A DNA stretch of 64,000 nucleotides, taken from the NCBI GenBank assembly GCA_027053075.1, contig JALUEE010000047.1:32001-96000 (forward strand). The letters are read 5' to 3'. The stretch's first letter is position 1. The number at the start of each line of letters is the position of its first letter. The notes beneath the pieces were generated by a model, which ran no database searches, was not told the DNA's origin, and was given only the letters and a program-made list of their open reading frames with translations. The DNA is from a candidate division WOR-3 bacterium. Its GTDB lineage: Bacteria; Hydrothermota; Hydrothermia; B15-G9; WFZT01. The position numbers and the translations under genes are program-made. Shown one piece after another: positions 27,879 through 37,627 of this stretch.

Positions 27879-28651
27879 GTATAACTCCTCCTTATCGTAG
27901 TTCCTTTTTCCATGTGGATTATCTGATTTTTTATGGACCCCGCACCGGTCCAGTTGATGATGTGAACAAACTCTGTGCCAAGCAAAAGTGAAGTTCTGGC
28001 GGCCTCCAACTTTGGAATCATGCCACCGGTTATGAAATCTGACTTTGCGATTTTTTCAATTTCATGAAGGGTGATTGTGTCTATAACCTCTCCTTTATCG
28101 TCAATGATACCCGGGACATCTGTGATGAGGAATAGATGATCTGCATTCACCGTCCCCGCTATGTGGGAAGCAACCGTGTCCGCGTTGATATTCAAAGAAT
28201 TGCCAAAGGGGTCTGTTCCCACAGGTGCGACAACAGGAACGTAGCCTGCTTTGAGGATGTTTTCAAGGATTGCGGTGTTTAAGCGTCTTATTTTCCCAAC
28301 AAAGCCAAGCTCCGGATTTAGGATGTCTGCTTCAATGAAGTTCCCATCCTTTCCGGAGATACCAATTGCCGAGACTCCTGCCTCCTGAAGAGATGCGACG
28401 AGTCTCTTATTTACTGTGCCGCATAAAACCATTTCAACAACTTTTAGAACTTCCTCAGTTGTGACACGTAGTCCGTTGACAAATTTTGTTTCCACACCGA
28501 GCTTGTCGAGCATCTGGGTAATTTCATTGCCTCCACCGTGAACCACTATGACCTGGTGCCCGTAATGAACAAGTTCAGCGATTTCCTCCGCTATAGGGAG
28601 GAAATTAGCCCGTTTTGTCATTTTGCCTGACACTTTTATTACTATTTTCAT
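27866..28651 (-). CDS. argB: Acetylglutamate kinase
   Basis: VVHGGG, GLRVT, NINADTVA, GGMIPK. Confidence 0.96.
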   Translation of the reverse strand: MKIVIKVSGKMTKRANFLPIAEEIAELVHYGHQVIVVHGGGNEITQMLDKLGVETKFVNGLRVTTEEVLKVVEMVLCGTVNKRLVASLQEAGVSAIGISGKDGNFIEADILNPELGFVGKIRRLNTAILENILKAGYVPVVAPVGTDPFGNSLNINADTVASHIAGTVNADHLFLITDVPGIIDDKGEVIDTITLHEIEKIAKSDFITGGMIPKLEAARTSLLLGTEFVHIINWTGAGSIKNQIIHMEKGTTIRRSYTWVM

Positions 28652-29643
28652 ACTTCTATGCCTCCTAAAGGTAGCCCTTTTGTTTCGTTAAAGCCAAACA
28701 TAATATTCATGTTTTGAATCGCCTGCCCTGCTGCCCCTTTGATGAGATTATCTATAACAGAGACAATAACAGCGGTCTCTTTGTCCTCGAAAACCGAGAT
28801 GAAGATGTTGTTTGAATAAACCACGTCTTTTAATGAGACCTGCTTTTCGCTGAAGACTTTCACAAAGGGTTTATCGGAATAAAACTCCTGCAGGGCATCG
28901 TAAATACTGAAGTCCCCGGTTTTTGTAACGTAGATTGTGGAAAGAATTCCACGTGATAGGGGCAGGAGACCGGCAGAGAATGTGATGTCTTTACCTGTTA
29001 TCTCCTCCATCTCCCCAACGTGCCTGTGGACTTTCCCCACAGAATATTCGAAGAAGTTTTCGTTGACTGATATAAAGTGAGTATTTGAATTGCAGGATTT
29101 GCCTGCACCTGAGACACCTGATTTGGCATCTACAATAACCCTTTGATCAATGAGATTTGCAATGGGCAGGATGGGGATAATAACACTCGTCGGATAGCAT
29201 CCGGGATTTCCTACAATCTCTGCATTTTTAATCTGATCAGAGAATAACTCCGGGATGCCATAAATGGCTTTTGAGAGGTATGAGGTAGCCGGATGTTGCA
29301 TTTTATACCATTTTTCGTAGGTCTGTGGTTTTTTGAAACGGGAGTCACCGGAGAGGTCTATCACCTTCACACCGTTATTCAGGAATTTCTCGGCAAATTT
29401 TGCGGATTTCCCGTGAGGGAGAGCGAGGAAGACAATGTCAATGTCGGTAAAATTAAGTGCCTCAACATGGGAGATGAACGGGAATTTGTATTCGTGCAAG
29501 CCCGGGAATAAGAAGTCTATACTTTCAGACCTGTGCTCATCTGAGGTGGCAAAAACTACGTCCGTTGCGTAATGGTTTTGAAGCAGACGAAGGAGCTCGA
29601 TGCCGGTGAAGCCGGAACCTCCGACAACTCCTGCCTTCACCAT
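28648..29643 (-). CDS. argC: N-acetyl-gamma-glutamyl-phosphate reductase
   Basis: GGSGFTG, NPGCYPT, SGVSGAG, DNLIKGAAGQAIQNMN. Confidence 0.97.
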   Translation of the reverse strand: MVKAGVVGGSGFTGIELLRLLQNHYATDVVFATSDEHRSESIDFLFPGLHEYKFPFISHVEALNFTDIDIVFLALPHGKSAKFAEKFLNNGVKVIDLSGDSRFKKPQTYEKWYKMQHPATSYLSKAIYGIPELFSDQIKNAEIVGNPGCYPTSVIIPILPIANLIDQRVIVDAKSGVSGAGKSCNSNTHFISVNENFFEYSVGKVHRHVGEMEEITGKDITFSAGLLPLSRGILSTIYVTKTGDFSIYDALQEFYSDKPFVKVFSEKQVSLKDVVYSNNIFISVFEDKETAVIVSVIDNLIKGAAGQAIQNMNIMFGFNETKGLPLGGIEV

Positions 29644-29827
29644 CCTTTTGCCTCCGTATTGAAAATTTTTACAAAAATATACCTCTCCATTCTTCTTACT
29701 CCTTCCCGGGATTCTTTTTCACTTGATCCCGGATATTACAAAGGTCTTCTATAAGGGAATCTAACTGGTGAGCTGCTTTGAATCTTCAGGGTATGAGATT
29801 TTATTGTCTCATATTTTTTCATTTTTG

Positions 29828-29863
29828 TTGCATAAGTATACGAATTTGGTTATGGCATGTCAA
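29828..29863 (-). promoter_or_regulatory. Sigma70 promoter of arg operon with overlapping ARG-box-like site
   Basis: TTGACA-17-TATACT on minus strand; imperfect palindrome TTGCATAAGTATACGAA over the -10. Confidence 0.65.
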
Positions 29864-30200
29864 GGGCTGGGGGGTAACATCTTCATGAGTCCTTTCAAAA
29901 TTTCTCCCGCGCGAATTAATGGAGTGTACTATTTTCTTTGATTCCACGCTAAAAAATATCTTCCTTTCCGTGTAAATTTGTTGGAGATCACATTTTATGT
30001 TCGCTGCTCTCACAAACACTAATTGCGTGGATGCCATGCTATTTTTTCCACTCTTCCCCGGCTGCTCCCTTGGGGATAAAGAAGAGAAAATAGCCCAGTC
30101 TTGTCGGCAGTATGTGGAAACTTGCCGAAAGTGGCGAAGAGAATTTCCGGTTTTTGAGCAGTTTTTCAGAAAAAATCCTGAACAAATACAGAAGGGAATT

Positions 30201-30665
30201 TCAGGATTGCTCACACTCTTTCTTTTTCAAATATAGGCTGCGGCTTTTTCTAATGAGATAGAGGGAAATTACAAGCGCGACCACAACTGTGAGCGATATA
30301 ATCGTCTCATATTCGTATATTTTCACCTTTTGCATCGTGAGTTCCTCAACAGAGTGTGCCCCGATTATAAGTATTTTCCTCACTCCTGAAATGATTCCAA
30401 TGAAAAGGAAGGGCTCTACAGTAAGAGAGCGGGATTTCAGATAATTTAACACAAGCCAGATAATCTCGAGCAAAATGAGGATGAGGAGAATATCTTCCAA
30501 TACCCTCAGGGTGAGGTGCACGACTGACTGGTGTAGCAAAAGACCATCAAAAAAGTTATAGAAGGCATACGCAAAAATAACGATGGAAATTATTATGAGG
30601 AAGGCGGAGATGCCAGTATAAACAATATCATCAAACGTCTCTAAAATACCAATGATTTTTCTCAT
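30201..30665 (-). CDS. PsiE-family membrane protein
   Basis: 4 TM helices, LLEII...EPFLFIGIISGVRKILI; start set at ATG 30665, 7 nt after TATAAT. Confidence 0.8.
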   Translation of the reverse strand: MRKIIGILETFDDIVYTGISAFLIIISIVIFAYAFYNFFDGLLLHQSVVHLTLRVLEDILLILILLEIIWLVLNYLKSRSLTVEPFLFIGIISGVRKILIIGAHSVEELTMQKVKIYEYETIISLTVVVALVISLYLIRKSRSLYLKKKECEQS

Positions 30666-30751
30666 CGTAAGAATTATAAAATTTCGTACCACTCATGTAA
30701 ACGCTTCTTGACTAAAAGAGGGGATAGGTGTTATAAATAAAACTCAAACTT

Positions 30752-30823
30752 GCGGGCGTAGCTCAGAGGGAGAGCATCAGCTTCCCAAGCTGAGGGTCGC
30801 GGGTTCGAATCCCGTCGCCCGCT
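30752..30823 (+). tRNA. tRNA-Gly (CCC)
   Basis: GCGGGCG acceptor stem, TCAGC-TTCCCAA-GCTGA anticodon arm, GGTTCGAATCCC T-arm; CCA not encoded. Confidence 0.97.
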
Positions 30824-30829
30824 CTTATT

Positions 30830-32851
30830 TTGAAAATGATATTTTTTGCCCTTCTTATTTCTCTTTCAACATCCCCTAAACTCGTTAACTCCATAGTCAC
30901 CCGAAATTGGCCTGCAATCTACAACTCTGCCACCACTGATAAGCCCGATGATAGGTTCTTTTTCGTGGTTTCTCTCTTACGCATGAGAAAGTACGATATT
31001 CTCTATCAGTACTATTCCACGAGGATGCATAAACTCTCAAAACCCGAATTCTTCGCTTTTCTTTACTCCTTATACAATATACCTTCAGCAGACAGTATGT
31101 TTTACCGGCTGATTGAAGAAGGACTGACCTTTTATCCTGATTTGGGCGATTTCCTCCTATTTCTCAGGATCAGTAAGAATATCTCCAAGCAGAAGACAAA
31201 GGAGGTTCTCATTGATCTGAGGATTTTAAGGAAGAAATATCCTCGAAGCTACTTCCTTGAATCGTCTATAATGAGCATCCTGAGGTACCTTTATTCCAAC
31301 TCAGCCCACAAAGAGTATAAAAAGGTTTACACAGGTTACAGTAAGTTTTTGAAATACTACAGTGACCGGGCAGAAGCCCTCTACTATCTTGCAATGATTT
31401 CAAGAGCATCAGGAGACAAGAAAGGGTTACGTCGAATTTCGGATATTCTCATAACGAGGTACTACAAATCCCCGTTTTCCTACCGGGTAATAAGATTCGC
31501 ATCAAAAAAATATGTGTTTTATAAAGGGCTCTCTGCGTTCTACAGCGGAAAATACAAAACTGCTATCAAATACCTGAGAAAAACAAGGCTCGCGAAGAAA
31601 TATCATTATCTAACAATCAGCTACTATCGGGCTGGATACTTTTCCAGATTGATAAAGTTGTATAAAAAGGGAAGGGTTCCCGATTCTCTCATTTACTATG
31701 TGGGACTGGCATATGAGAAGAAGAAAAAATATGAAGATGCGGTTAAATTCCTGTTAAAAACCTTAAGGGCCAGGTCCCGGTATGCCGGCAATGCAGCTTA
31801 TGAGCTCTCGTTTATCTTTGTCAATAACCCCCGTGTTTTCAAAAAATGGGAAGGAAAACTTCCGCTGGTCATACACAACGCAGATTATTTAATGAGAATG
31901 GGGCTTGTTTACATGGTCTCCGGTAAAAGGCAGAGAGCCCAGGCGTTCTTTGAGAAAGTTCTCACCCTGAACGATAGATTTGCAAGTTCCCAGGCCCTTT
32001 ACTGGCTTTACAGAATGTCAGGCATCGGAGCTTATCGGGACTTCCTCTTAAGAGAGCACCCTTTTTCCTATTTTGCATGGATAACAAACGGTAATAAAGT
32101 ACTTGCACCTGTTGATTCTGTGGTGGGCAGGTTACTCCAGAATAATGGAAATTTCTTTCTAAAAAGTCCAAAGTTCTGGAATCGCTTCCACACCTTTGCT
32201 TTCCTTGGGCTGAATAATTATGCACTTCGGGAGCTAAGAAAATGTTCGGCAAATCTTCGGGAGTGTGTGGAATTTTCATATCTTACAGGGGAAGACAACC
32301 TAACTGTGGAGATTTTCAGAAGATTCATAGGGCTTGAACGCAAAAAGAAGGGTCTGGTTTTTGGATACCCACTTGCGTACTGGTATTATATTCAGGGGGA
32401 GGCTTCGGAGCCTTTCTTGTTTGTTTCACTCCTCCGTGAAGAAAGTCATTTCAACCATATGGCGGTATCGCCGGCCGGAGCCATAGGTATTGCTCAGCTT
32501 ATGCCATTCACAGCTGCAAAACTTTTAGGTAGACGAGTGAAAAGGGATGAGTTACTCGATCCTTATTTCAATATAAGACTTGGGGCAAGATATCTAAACT
32601 CTTTAATTGAAAAATACAACGGCCGTCTGATTTTTGCCCTTGCCGCCTACAATGCCGGTCCAAAAAGGGTGGATGCCTGGATAAAAAAGTATTCCCAATC
32701 CGGCATCGCGGAGGACCCTTACCTCTTTGTGGAATTTATCCCATTTCGGGAAACAAGAAATTACGTTCGAAGAATAATGAAGGACTACAGGCTTTATAAG
32801 CGACTTTATAACTCATACCAAAAAGAATTGCTTGACCGTCAGGCTTCGTAG
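30830..32851 (+). CDS. Soluble lytic transglycosylase (Slt70-like, TPR-like repeats plus SLT domain)
   Basis: REESHF, SPAGAIGIAQLMP, ALAAYNAG, ETRNYV; start could be ATG 30836. Confidence 0.9.
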   Translation: MKMIFFALLISLSTSPKLVNSIVTRNWPAIYNSATTDKPDDRFFFVVSLLRMRKYDILYQYYSTRMHKLSKPEFFAFLYSLYNIPSADSMFYRLIEEGLTFYPDLGDFLLFLRISKNISKQKTKEVLIDLRILRKKYPRSYFLESSIMSILRYLYSNSAHKEYKKVYTGYSKFLKYYSDRAEALYYLAMISRASGDKKGLRRISDILITRYYKSPFSYRVIRFASKKYVFYKGLSAFYSGKYKTAIKYLRKTRLAKKYHYLTISYYRAGYFSRLIKLYKKGRVPDSLIYYVGLAYEKKKKYEDAVKFLLKTLRARSRYAGNAAYELSFIFVNNPRVFKKWEGKLPLVIHNADYLMRMGLVYMVSGKRQRAQAFFEKVLTLNDRFASSQALYWLYRMSGIGAYRDFLLREHPFSYFAWITNGNKVLAPVDSVVGRLLQNNGNFFLKSPKFWNRFHTFAFLGLNNYALRELRKCSANLRECVEFSYLTGEDNLTVEIFRRFIGLERKKKGLVFGYPLAYWYYIQGEASEPFLFVSLLREESHFNHMAVSPAGAIGIAQLMPFTAAKLLGRRVKRDELLDPYFNIRLGARYLNSLIEKYNGRLIFALAAYNAGPKRVDAWIKKYSQSGIAEDPYLFVEFIPFRETRNYVRRIMKDYRLYKRLYNSYQKELLDRQAS

Positions 32852-32867
32852 TTATACCCTTAAAAAT

Positions 32868-33218
32868 ATGCAGGTGGAAAAACTCTACTGGAAAATATCA
32901 GAGGTAGCGGAGATTGTGGGGGTTCGTCCTGAGCAGCTTCGGTACTGGGAAAAAGAGCATGGACTCTTGCATCCTTTGAGGAAGGGGGGCAAGAGAAGGT
33001 ATACGCGGAAAGATATTCAGATCGCCCTGATGATAAAGGCTCTTCAGGACAATGGGGAAGACCTGAGAAGGATCAGTTATCAGCTCAGACACCATAATAA
33101 TTCGGAATTTTTTAACAAGGCTTTAAAAACCTTTTTAAAGTCAATCCAGCAGGATGTCAGGAAACTTCTTGAGGAAGTGAGAAAAATCAAGCGGGAATTG
33201 GAAGAGGGGTATAATTGA
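32868..33218 (+). CDS. MerR-family transcriptional regulator
   Basis: ISEVAEIVGV...LRYWEKE...GGKRRYT. Confidence 0.85.
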   Translation: MQVEKLYWKISEVAEIVGVRPEQLRYWEKEHGLLHPLRKGGKRRYTRKDIQIALMIKALQDNGEDLRRISYQLRHHNNSEFFNKALKTFLKSIQQDVRKLLEEVRKIKRELEEGYN

Positions 33219-33958
33219 AATACATTATTCTGGGCGCAATACAGGGATTAACTGAATTTCTCCCCATATCGTCATCCGGGCATCTCGTGGTATTTGAGCA
33301 TTTTCTCAACGTTCATTTTCCGGGCATTACCTTTGAGGTATTCTTGCACCTTGCCACCCTCACTGCTGTGGTTATATATCTGTGGAAGGACGTTATAGAT
33401 ATTTTTCATTTCAGAAAATACTCCTTCTGGGAACAGCCAATAGTTTTAATCATAATTGGAACCATTCCAGCAGGCATAGTGGGACTTTTGTTTAATGACA
33501 GGATAGAAACATTTTTCGTGACCATAAAATGGGTGAGATATTTCTTCATCTTGAATAGTTTCATCTTGCTCACATCCATGTGGTCAAAGGGGGGACGCGA
33601 GAAAATAACCCCCTGGGATGCTCTTCTAATTGGAATCGGTCAATCTCTTGCGATTTTACCGGGTATCTCGCGCTCTGGCACTACTATAACAGTTGCGTTG
33701 CTTCTTGGCATAGCACCGAGGAAGGCCTTTTCATTTTCCTTCCTTCTATCTCTTGCTGCCATATCCGGTGCCGCAGTGCTAAAGCTTAAGGGGATTGAAC
33801 ACTTTGCTCTAACGACAGGCTATCTTACAGGATTTATCTCAGCCTTAATTTTTGGTCTAATTGCTATAATCGTGCTGAAAAGAGTCGTGCTTGTCAGGAA
33901 ACTCCATTACTTCGGATATTACACCCTTGCACTGGGAATAATTCTTTTATTCTTTTAG
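33215..33958 (+). CDS. uppP: Undecaprenyl-diphosphate phosphatase
   Basis: QGLTEFLPISSSGH, PGISRSGTT. Confidence 0.96.
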   Translation: MKYIILGAIQGLTEFLPISSSGHLVVFEHFLNVHFPGITFEVFLHLATLTAVVIYLWKDVIDIFHFRKYSFWEQPIVLIIIGTIPAGIVGLLFNDRIETFFVTIKWVRYFFILNSFILLTSMWSKGGREKITPWDALLIGIGQSLAILPGISRSGTTITVALLLGIAPRKAFSFSFLLSLAAISGAAVLKLKGIEHFALTTGYLTGFISALIFGLIAIIVLKRVVLVRKLHYFGYYTLALGIILLFF

Positions 33959-34219
33959 GAGTGATCACTGGGGGCCTATCTCCATATCTATTCCTGCGTA
34001 AATTGTGGTAAGTCCATGTTTCCACGCTAACCTCGATGTTCATCTGGATGTGTAAAAATTTTTAAAGAAGCCCGGGTATATTTCTAAAAGTGGAAATCAC
34101 AACAATCGTGATTCAAATTAATTGAAGGCCAGTTGGGTTTTCATCGAACTTTGTCTGATTTAACATTAAGACTAAAACTGGAAAATGGCGGAATAAAAGA
34201 GATAAATTGGCCTTTTCAC

Positions 34220-34248
34220 TTGATATTACTTTTGAAAGATTTTATACT
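34220..34248 (+). promoter_or_regulatory. Sigma70 promoter of ferredoxin
   Basis: TTGATA-17-TATACT upstream of AGGAGG RBS. Confidence 0.6.
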
Positions 34249-34281
34249 TCTCATACTAAAACTCAAGAAGGAGGATAGAAA

Positions 34282-34494
34282 ATGGGACTCAAAGTAACAA
34301 TTGATCCAGATCTTTGTGTGGGAGATTCCATCTGTGTGGACCTCGTACCTGACGTATTTGAAATGGGCGATGATGGTATCGCTTATGTGAAGCAGGGCAT
34401 GGAGTGCACAGGCGACAGAGAGGATGTGCAGGACGCAGCAGATCAGTGCCCCAGCGGAGCAATCATAATCGAAGAGTCAGAAGATTGTAAGTAA
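34282..34494 (+). CDS. Monocluster ferredoxin (CxxDxxC...CP)
   Basis: CVGDSIC...PDVFEM...CPSGAI; strong RBS; downstream terminator. Confidence 0.9.
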   Translation: MGLKVTIDPDLCVGDSICVDLVPDVFEMGDDGIAYVKQGMECTGDREDVQDAADQCPSGAIIIEESEDCK

Positions 34495-34519
34495 GAATAA
34501 ATGTGGTTAATTTGATTAT

Positions 34520-34556
34520 GGGGGCGATGGCGAAGCCATCGCCCCCCATTTTTTTC
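34520..34556 (+). terminator. Intrinsic terminator
   Basis: GGGGGCGATGGC-GAA-GCCATCGCCCCC plus T-run. Confidence 0.8.
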
Positions 34557-34561
34557 TTCTA

Positions 34562-34798
34562 AAAAATGGCCGCAGGAGACCTGTACAGTGGATCAGAAGA
34601 GTCAAGACCCTGCCACATGTATGGCATACTCTTACCGTCGTGATAAAAGGCCAAAGGATTCAGGGATTCCTGGATGGAAAGAAATATATAGACTTTAGAG
34701 CTCGTTCTCCCATTTCAGGCAAAATTGGACTGTGGTCAAAGGCAGATTCTTATGTGTATTTCGACGATTTCACCGTGGAGACTGAAGAAGGTAAATAG
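34562..34798 (+). pseudogene. Start-less C-terminal fragment of a DUF1080-like (concanavalin-fold) protein
   Basis: Manual translation: WHTLTVVIKGQRIQGFLDGK...GKIGLWSKADSYVYFDDFTV-stop; begins right after a terminator without the N-terminal half. Confidence 0.65.
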
Positions 34799-34803
34799 AA
34801 ACT

Positions 34804-36504
34804 CTACTCAAAGTATCGTTCGATAATCTTCTTCGCAATGGGAGCAACGTGGCTGCCGTGCTCACCGTGCTCCACTACAACGGTGACGACTATCTGTGGA
34901 TCGTCATATGGGGCAAAGGCTGTAAATAATGCGTGATCCTTTCCGTGCGGATTCTGGGATGTTCCTGTTTTACCGGCAAAAATCACCTTATCTGAGCGTG
35001 AGGCATAGGCAGTCCCACCCGGTTTATTGACCACCATCCACATGCCCTTTTTGATAACGTGAAAAACCGATGAATCCACTTTCCATCGCAAAGTATCCCC
35101 AGGAATATAGTCTGCATCCTCAACGCTCTTTAAAACATGTGGGCGTGGCAAAACTCCATTACTGGCAATGAGGGCTGTCAGTGTGGCAATTTTTAGTGGA
35201 GTTAAAAGAATCTCTCCCTGTCCAATGGCGAGATTCAGGACATTTCCCGGTCCGAAACCGTTGGCACCGTACCTTTCTTTGTACCAGCTACTGTCAGGCA
35301 CAAAGCTGGGAATCTCTCCCGGTAGGTCTATACCGACCTTCCCTCCTATCCCGTACTTTTTTAGCATTTTCAGGAATCTTCCAAATCCTATTCTCAAGCC
35401 CAGCTGGTAGAAATACACATCACATGAGTGCTGAATCGCCTGGGGAAGATTGAGAGAGCCGTGACCGGGTTTAAACCAGCATGACCAGACCCTCCTTCCG
35501 AATCTGTAGTACCCCGGGCAGCTGAAGACCGTGTTTTCACTAACAGCACCAGCTTCGAGGGCGAACATGGCGGATACAGGCTTAAATGTCGAGCCCGGCG
35601 GATACAGACCTGATATTGCTCTATCAAGCAATGGTTTTGTCTTATCAGACACAAGCTTCTGCCAGAGTTTGTAGGAAATCCCGGCCGAAAGCTGGTTGGC
35701 ATCAAAGGATGGTTTTGAATAGAGGGCAAGAATACCACCTGTTTTAATGTTTAAAACAACAACCGCCCCGGCACCGTAATCTTTCATCAGGGAATCTATG
35801 TACAGTTCAAGCGGGGCATCAATGGTGAGTGTAATGTCTTTACCATCAACTGGCTTGATGGGTGGTATTGGGTCCTCTTTGATTAGCTGACCTGTAACGT
35901 CCACCATAAAATACCGGGTACCAAATTTGCCCCTCAAAAATCGGTTGTAGAATTTTTCCACACCGCGCTTTCCGATTGTCTCTCCAACCTTCAGCGTACT
36001 ATCCCTCTCGATCTCCGTCTGTGTAACCTCTCCAGTGTATCCCGTAACATGGGCCAGCACCCTGGGATAGTGATAATACCTCACCGGAATAGTCCCCACC
36101 ACGAAGTAGGGGAACCTGTCTCTTTCCTCTTCGAGCCTGGTGATTTCTTTAAAATCAAGGTCTTTTATAACAGGATATTGCAGTAACTTCCGGTAGAGAC
36201 TGTCTACATTGGTTTTTAGTCCGATTATTTCGAGGAGGTTCTTTAGCTCCGATTTTTTAAGACCATTTTTGAGAATATAAACTGCGAACCCTGGCCGCCA
36301 ATCTGCGAGAACCACTCCATTTCTGTCGAGAATTCGACCTCTTTTGTAAGGAATTCTGATGGACTTGAGGAAATTCTTTTGAGCCCAGCTTGTAAATTCC
36401 TCATGTCTTACAATCTGGATATCGTACAATCGGCCGAGGAGAACAAAAAACACAAAGATCACAAGCGAGAAAACGATGAGCCTTCTTATCTTTTCTGTAC
36501 CCAT
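34804..36504 (-). CDS. mrdA: Penicillin-binding protein 2
   Basis: PGSTFK, SCD, KTGT motifs; follows mreBCD. Confidence 0.95.
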   Translation of the reverse strand: MGTEKIRRLIVFSLVIFVFFVLLGRLYDIQIVRHEEFTSWAQKNFLKSIRIPYKRGRILDRNGVVLADWRPGFAVYILKNGLKKSELKNLLEIIGLKTNVDSLYRKLLQYPVIKDLDFKEITRLEEERDRFPYFVVGTIPVRYYHYPRVLAHVTGYTGEVTQTEIERDSTLKVGETIGKRGVEKFYNRFLRGKFGTRYFMVDVTGQLIKEDPIPPIKPVDGKDITLTIDAPLELYIDSLMKDYGAGAVVVLNIKTGGILALYSKPSFDANQLSAGISYKLWQKLVSDKTKPLLDRAISGLYPPGSTFKPVSAMFALEAGAVSENTVFSCPGYYRFGRRVWSCWFKPGHGSLNLPQAIQHSCDVYFYQLGLRIGFGRFLKMLKKYGIGGKVGIDLPGEIPSFVPDSSWYKERYGANGFGPGNVLNLAIGQGEILLTPLKIATLTALIASNGVLPRPHVLKSVEDADYIPGDTLRWKVDSSVFHVIKKGMWMVVNKPGGTAYASRSDKVIFAGKTGTSQNPHGKDHALFTAFAPYDDPQIVVTVVVEHGEHGSHVAPIAKKIIERYFE

Positions 36505-36917
36505 AATTCGACCAGAACCGAAAAGATAACCGTCAATAGGATCGCCCTGAAGTACAAGAGCGAGAGAGCAAGACCATTGACATAAAGGTAAACAGCGTAA
36601 TAAACAACGATGCTCACAGTGAATAGAATAATCTTGGGCAGGACCAGGGCAATATTTACAAAGTTACGATAAATGATGAAAATGAGTCCAAAAAGTGTGA
36701 AAGTGAATGGAGATACCCAGGGAATATCCAGATACAATCCATCTCTTAAAATACCAGCTGTAAGGGCGAGCGGACCAACATAATCATCAGCAATGTGCAA
36801 AATCAGGGGTAGTAGAAAAATTAAAACCGGGTCTGGCAGCCAGATATACGTTACTTTGGCCCTTATGGCCGATGAGACCAGCAAAAGTATAAGCAGTGTC
36901 CATTTTTTCGCGTTCAT
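36486..36917 (-). CDS. mreD: Rod shape-determining protein MreD (divergent)
   Basis: Hydrophobic, PD...GILRD motif, between mreC and mrdA. Confidence 0.7.
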   Translation of the reverse strand: MNAKKWTLLILLLVSSAIRAKVTYIWLPDPVLIFLLPLILHIADDYVGPLALTAGILRDGLYLDIPWVSPFTFTLFGLIFIIYRNFVNIALVLPKIILFTVSIVVYYAVYLYVNGLALSLLYFRAILLTVIFSVLVELWVQKR

Positions 36918-37627
36918 TTCACAATCCCGAATATGCCTGTTGATGAAAAATCCCAGAAGGGTCTGACTTTAATCCTGAAGAAAAACTGGTCCTCGGAGGA
37001 ATTTTTTACCTCATCAACAACTCCTGCAGGAATTCCACCTTTTATTATGCCAATGCCTGATGTAATGAGAGTATCACCTTCTCTTACATCTGCCCATTTG
37101 GGGACATACAAAAGATGGGGAGTGCTACCACCTGCAAGCACTCCGAGCACACCGCTCCTCTTGTCCGCAACTCCCACCCTGAAATTCTCGTTATAGAGGC
37201 TCATCACAAAAGAGAGCCTGTCAGTTGTATAGTAAACCTTTCCAACCAGATTTCCTCTGTAAACAACGGGTAAGCCATATCTGACACCTGAATTTTTCCC
37301 CTTATCGAGCGTAATTTTTTGCACCTTTCCAAAGGGGTCAAAATAAAGCGCCTTGGCGAGGATATAGGTGGTATCAAGTCCGTTTTTCCAGATTCCATAA
37401 AGCCTTTTTCTCTTCTCTTCACTCAGCTCTCCCATGGAAAGGAGCAAGAGCTCATTAAGCTTCTCATACTGTGAGCGCATGAATGTCAATTCTTCCACAA
37501 ACTTCTCGGCCTTCAAAACCGGGATATAGACCGAGTCCGCAAGGATTGTGTGGAAAATAGTTTTAATAGGTTTGATGAAGAACAAAAGGGAAACGAGCAG
37601 GTAAATCAGGTAACTTTTTTTCATCAA
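36914..37627 (-). CDS. mreC: Rod shape-determining protein MreC
   Basis: ITLDKG...GLPVV...LVGKV, GDTLITSG. Confidence 0.88.
   Translation of the reverse strand: MMKKSYLIYLLVSLLFFIKPIKTIFHTILADSVYIPVLKAEKFVEELTFMRSQYEKLNELLLLSMGELSEEKRKRLYGIWKNGLDTTYILAKALYFDPFGKVQKITLDKGKNSGVRYGLPVVYRGNLVGKVYYTTDRLSFVMSLYNENFRVGVADKRSGVLGVLAGGSTPHLLYVPKWADVREGDTLITSGIGIIKGGIPAGVVDEVKNSSEDQFFFRIKVRPFWDFSSTGIFGIVK

Noticed and set aside
29819..30236. Overlapping 131-aa and 79-aa ORFs between argC and the psiE-like gene
   Set aside because: No recognisable motifs; one overlaps the arg promoter
30752..30830. tRNA-Gly as an integration site
   Set aside because: No integrase or duplicated tRNA 3' end seen; flanks are housekeeping genes
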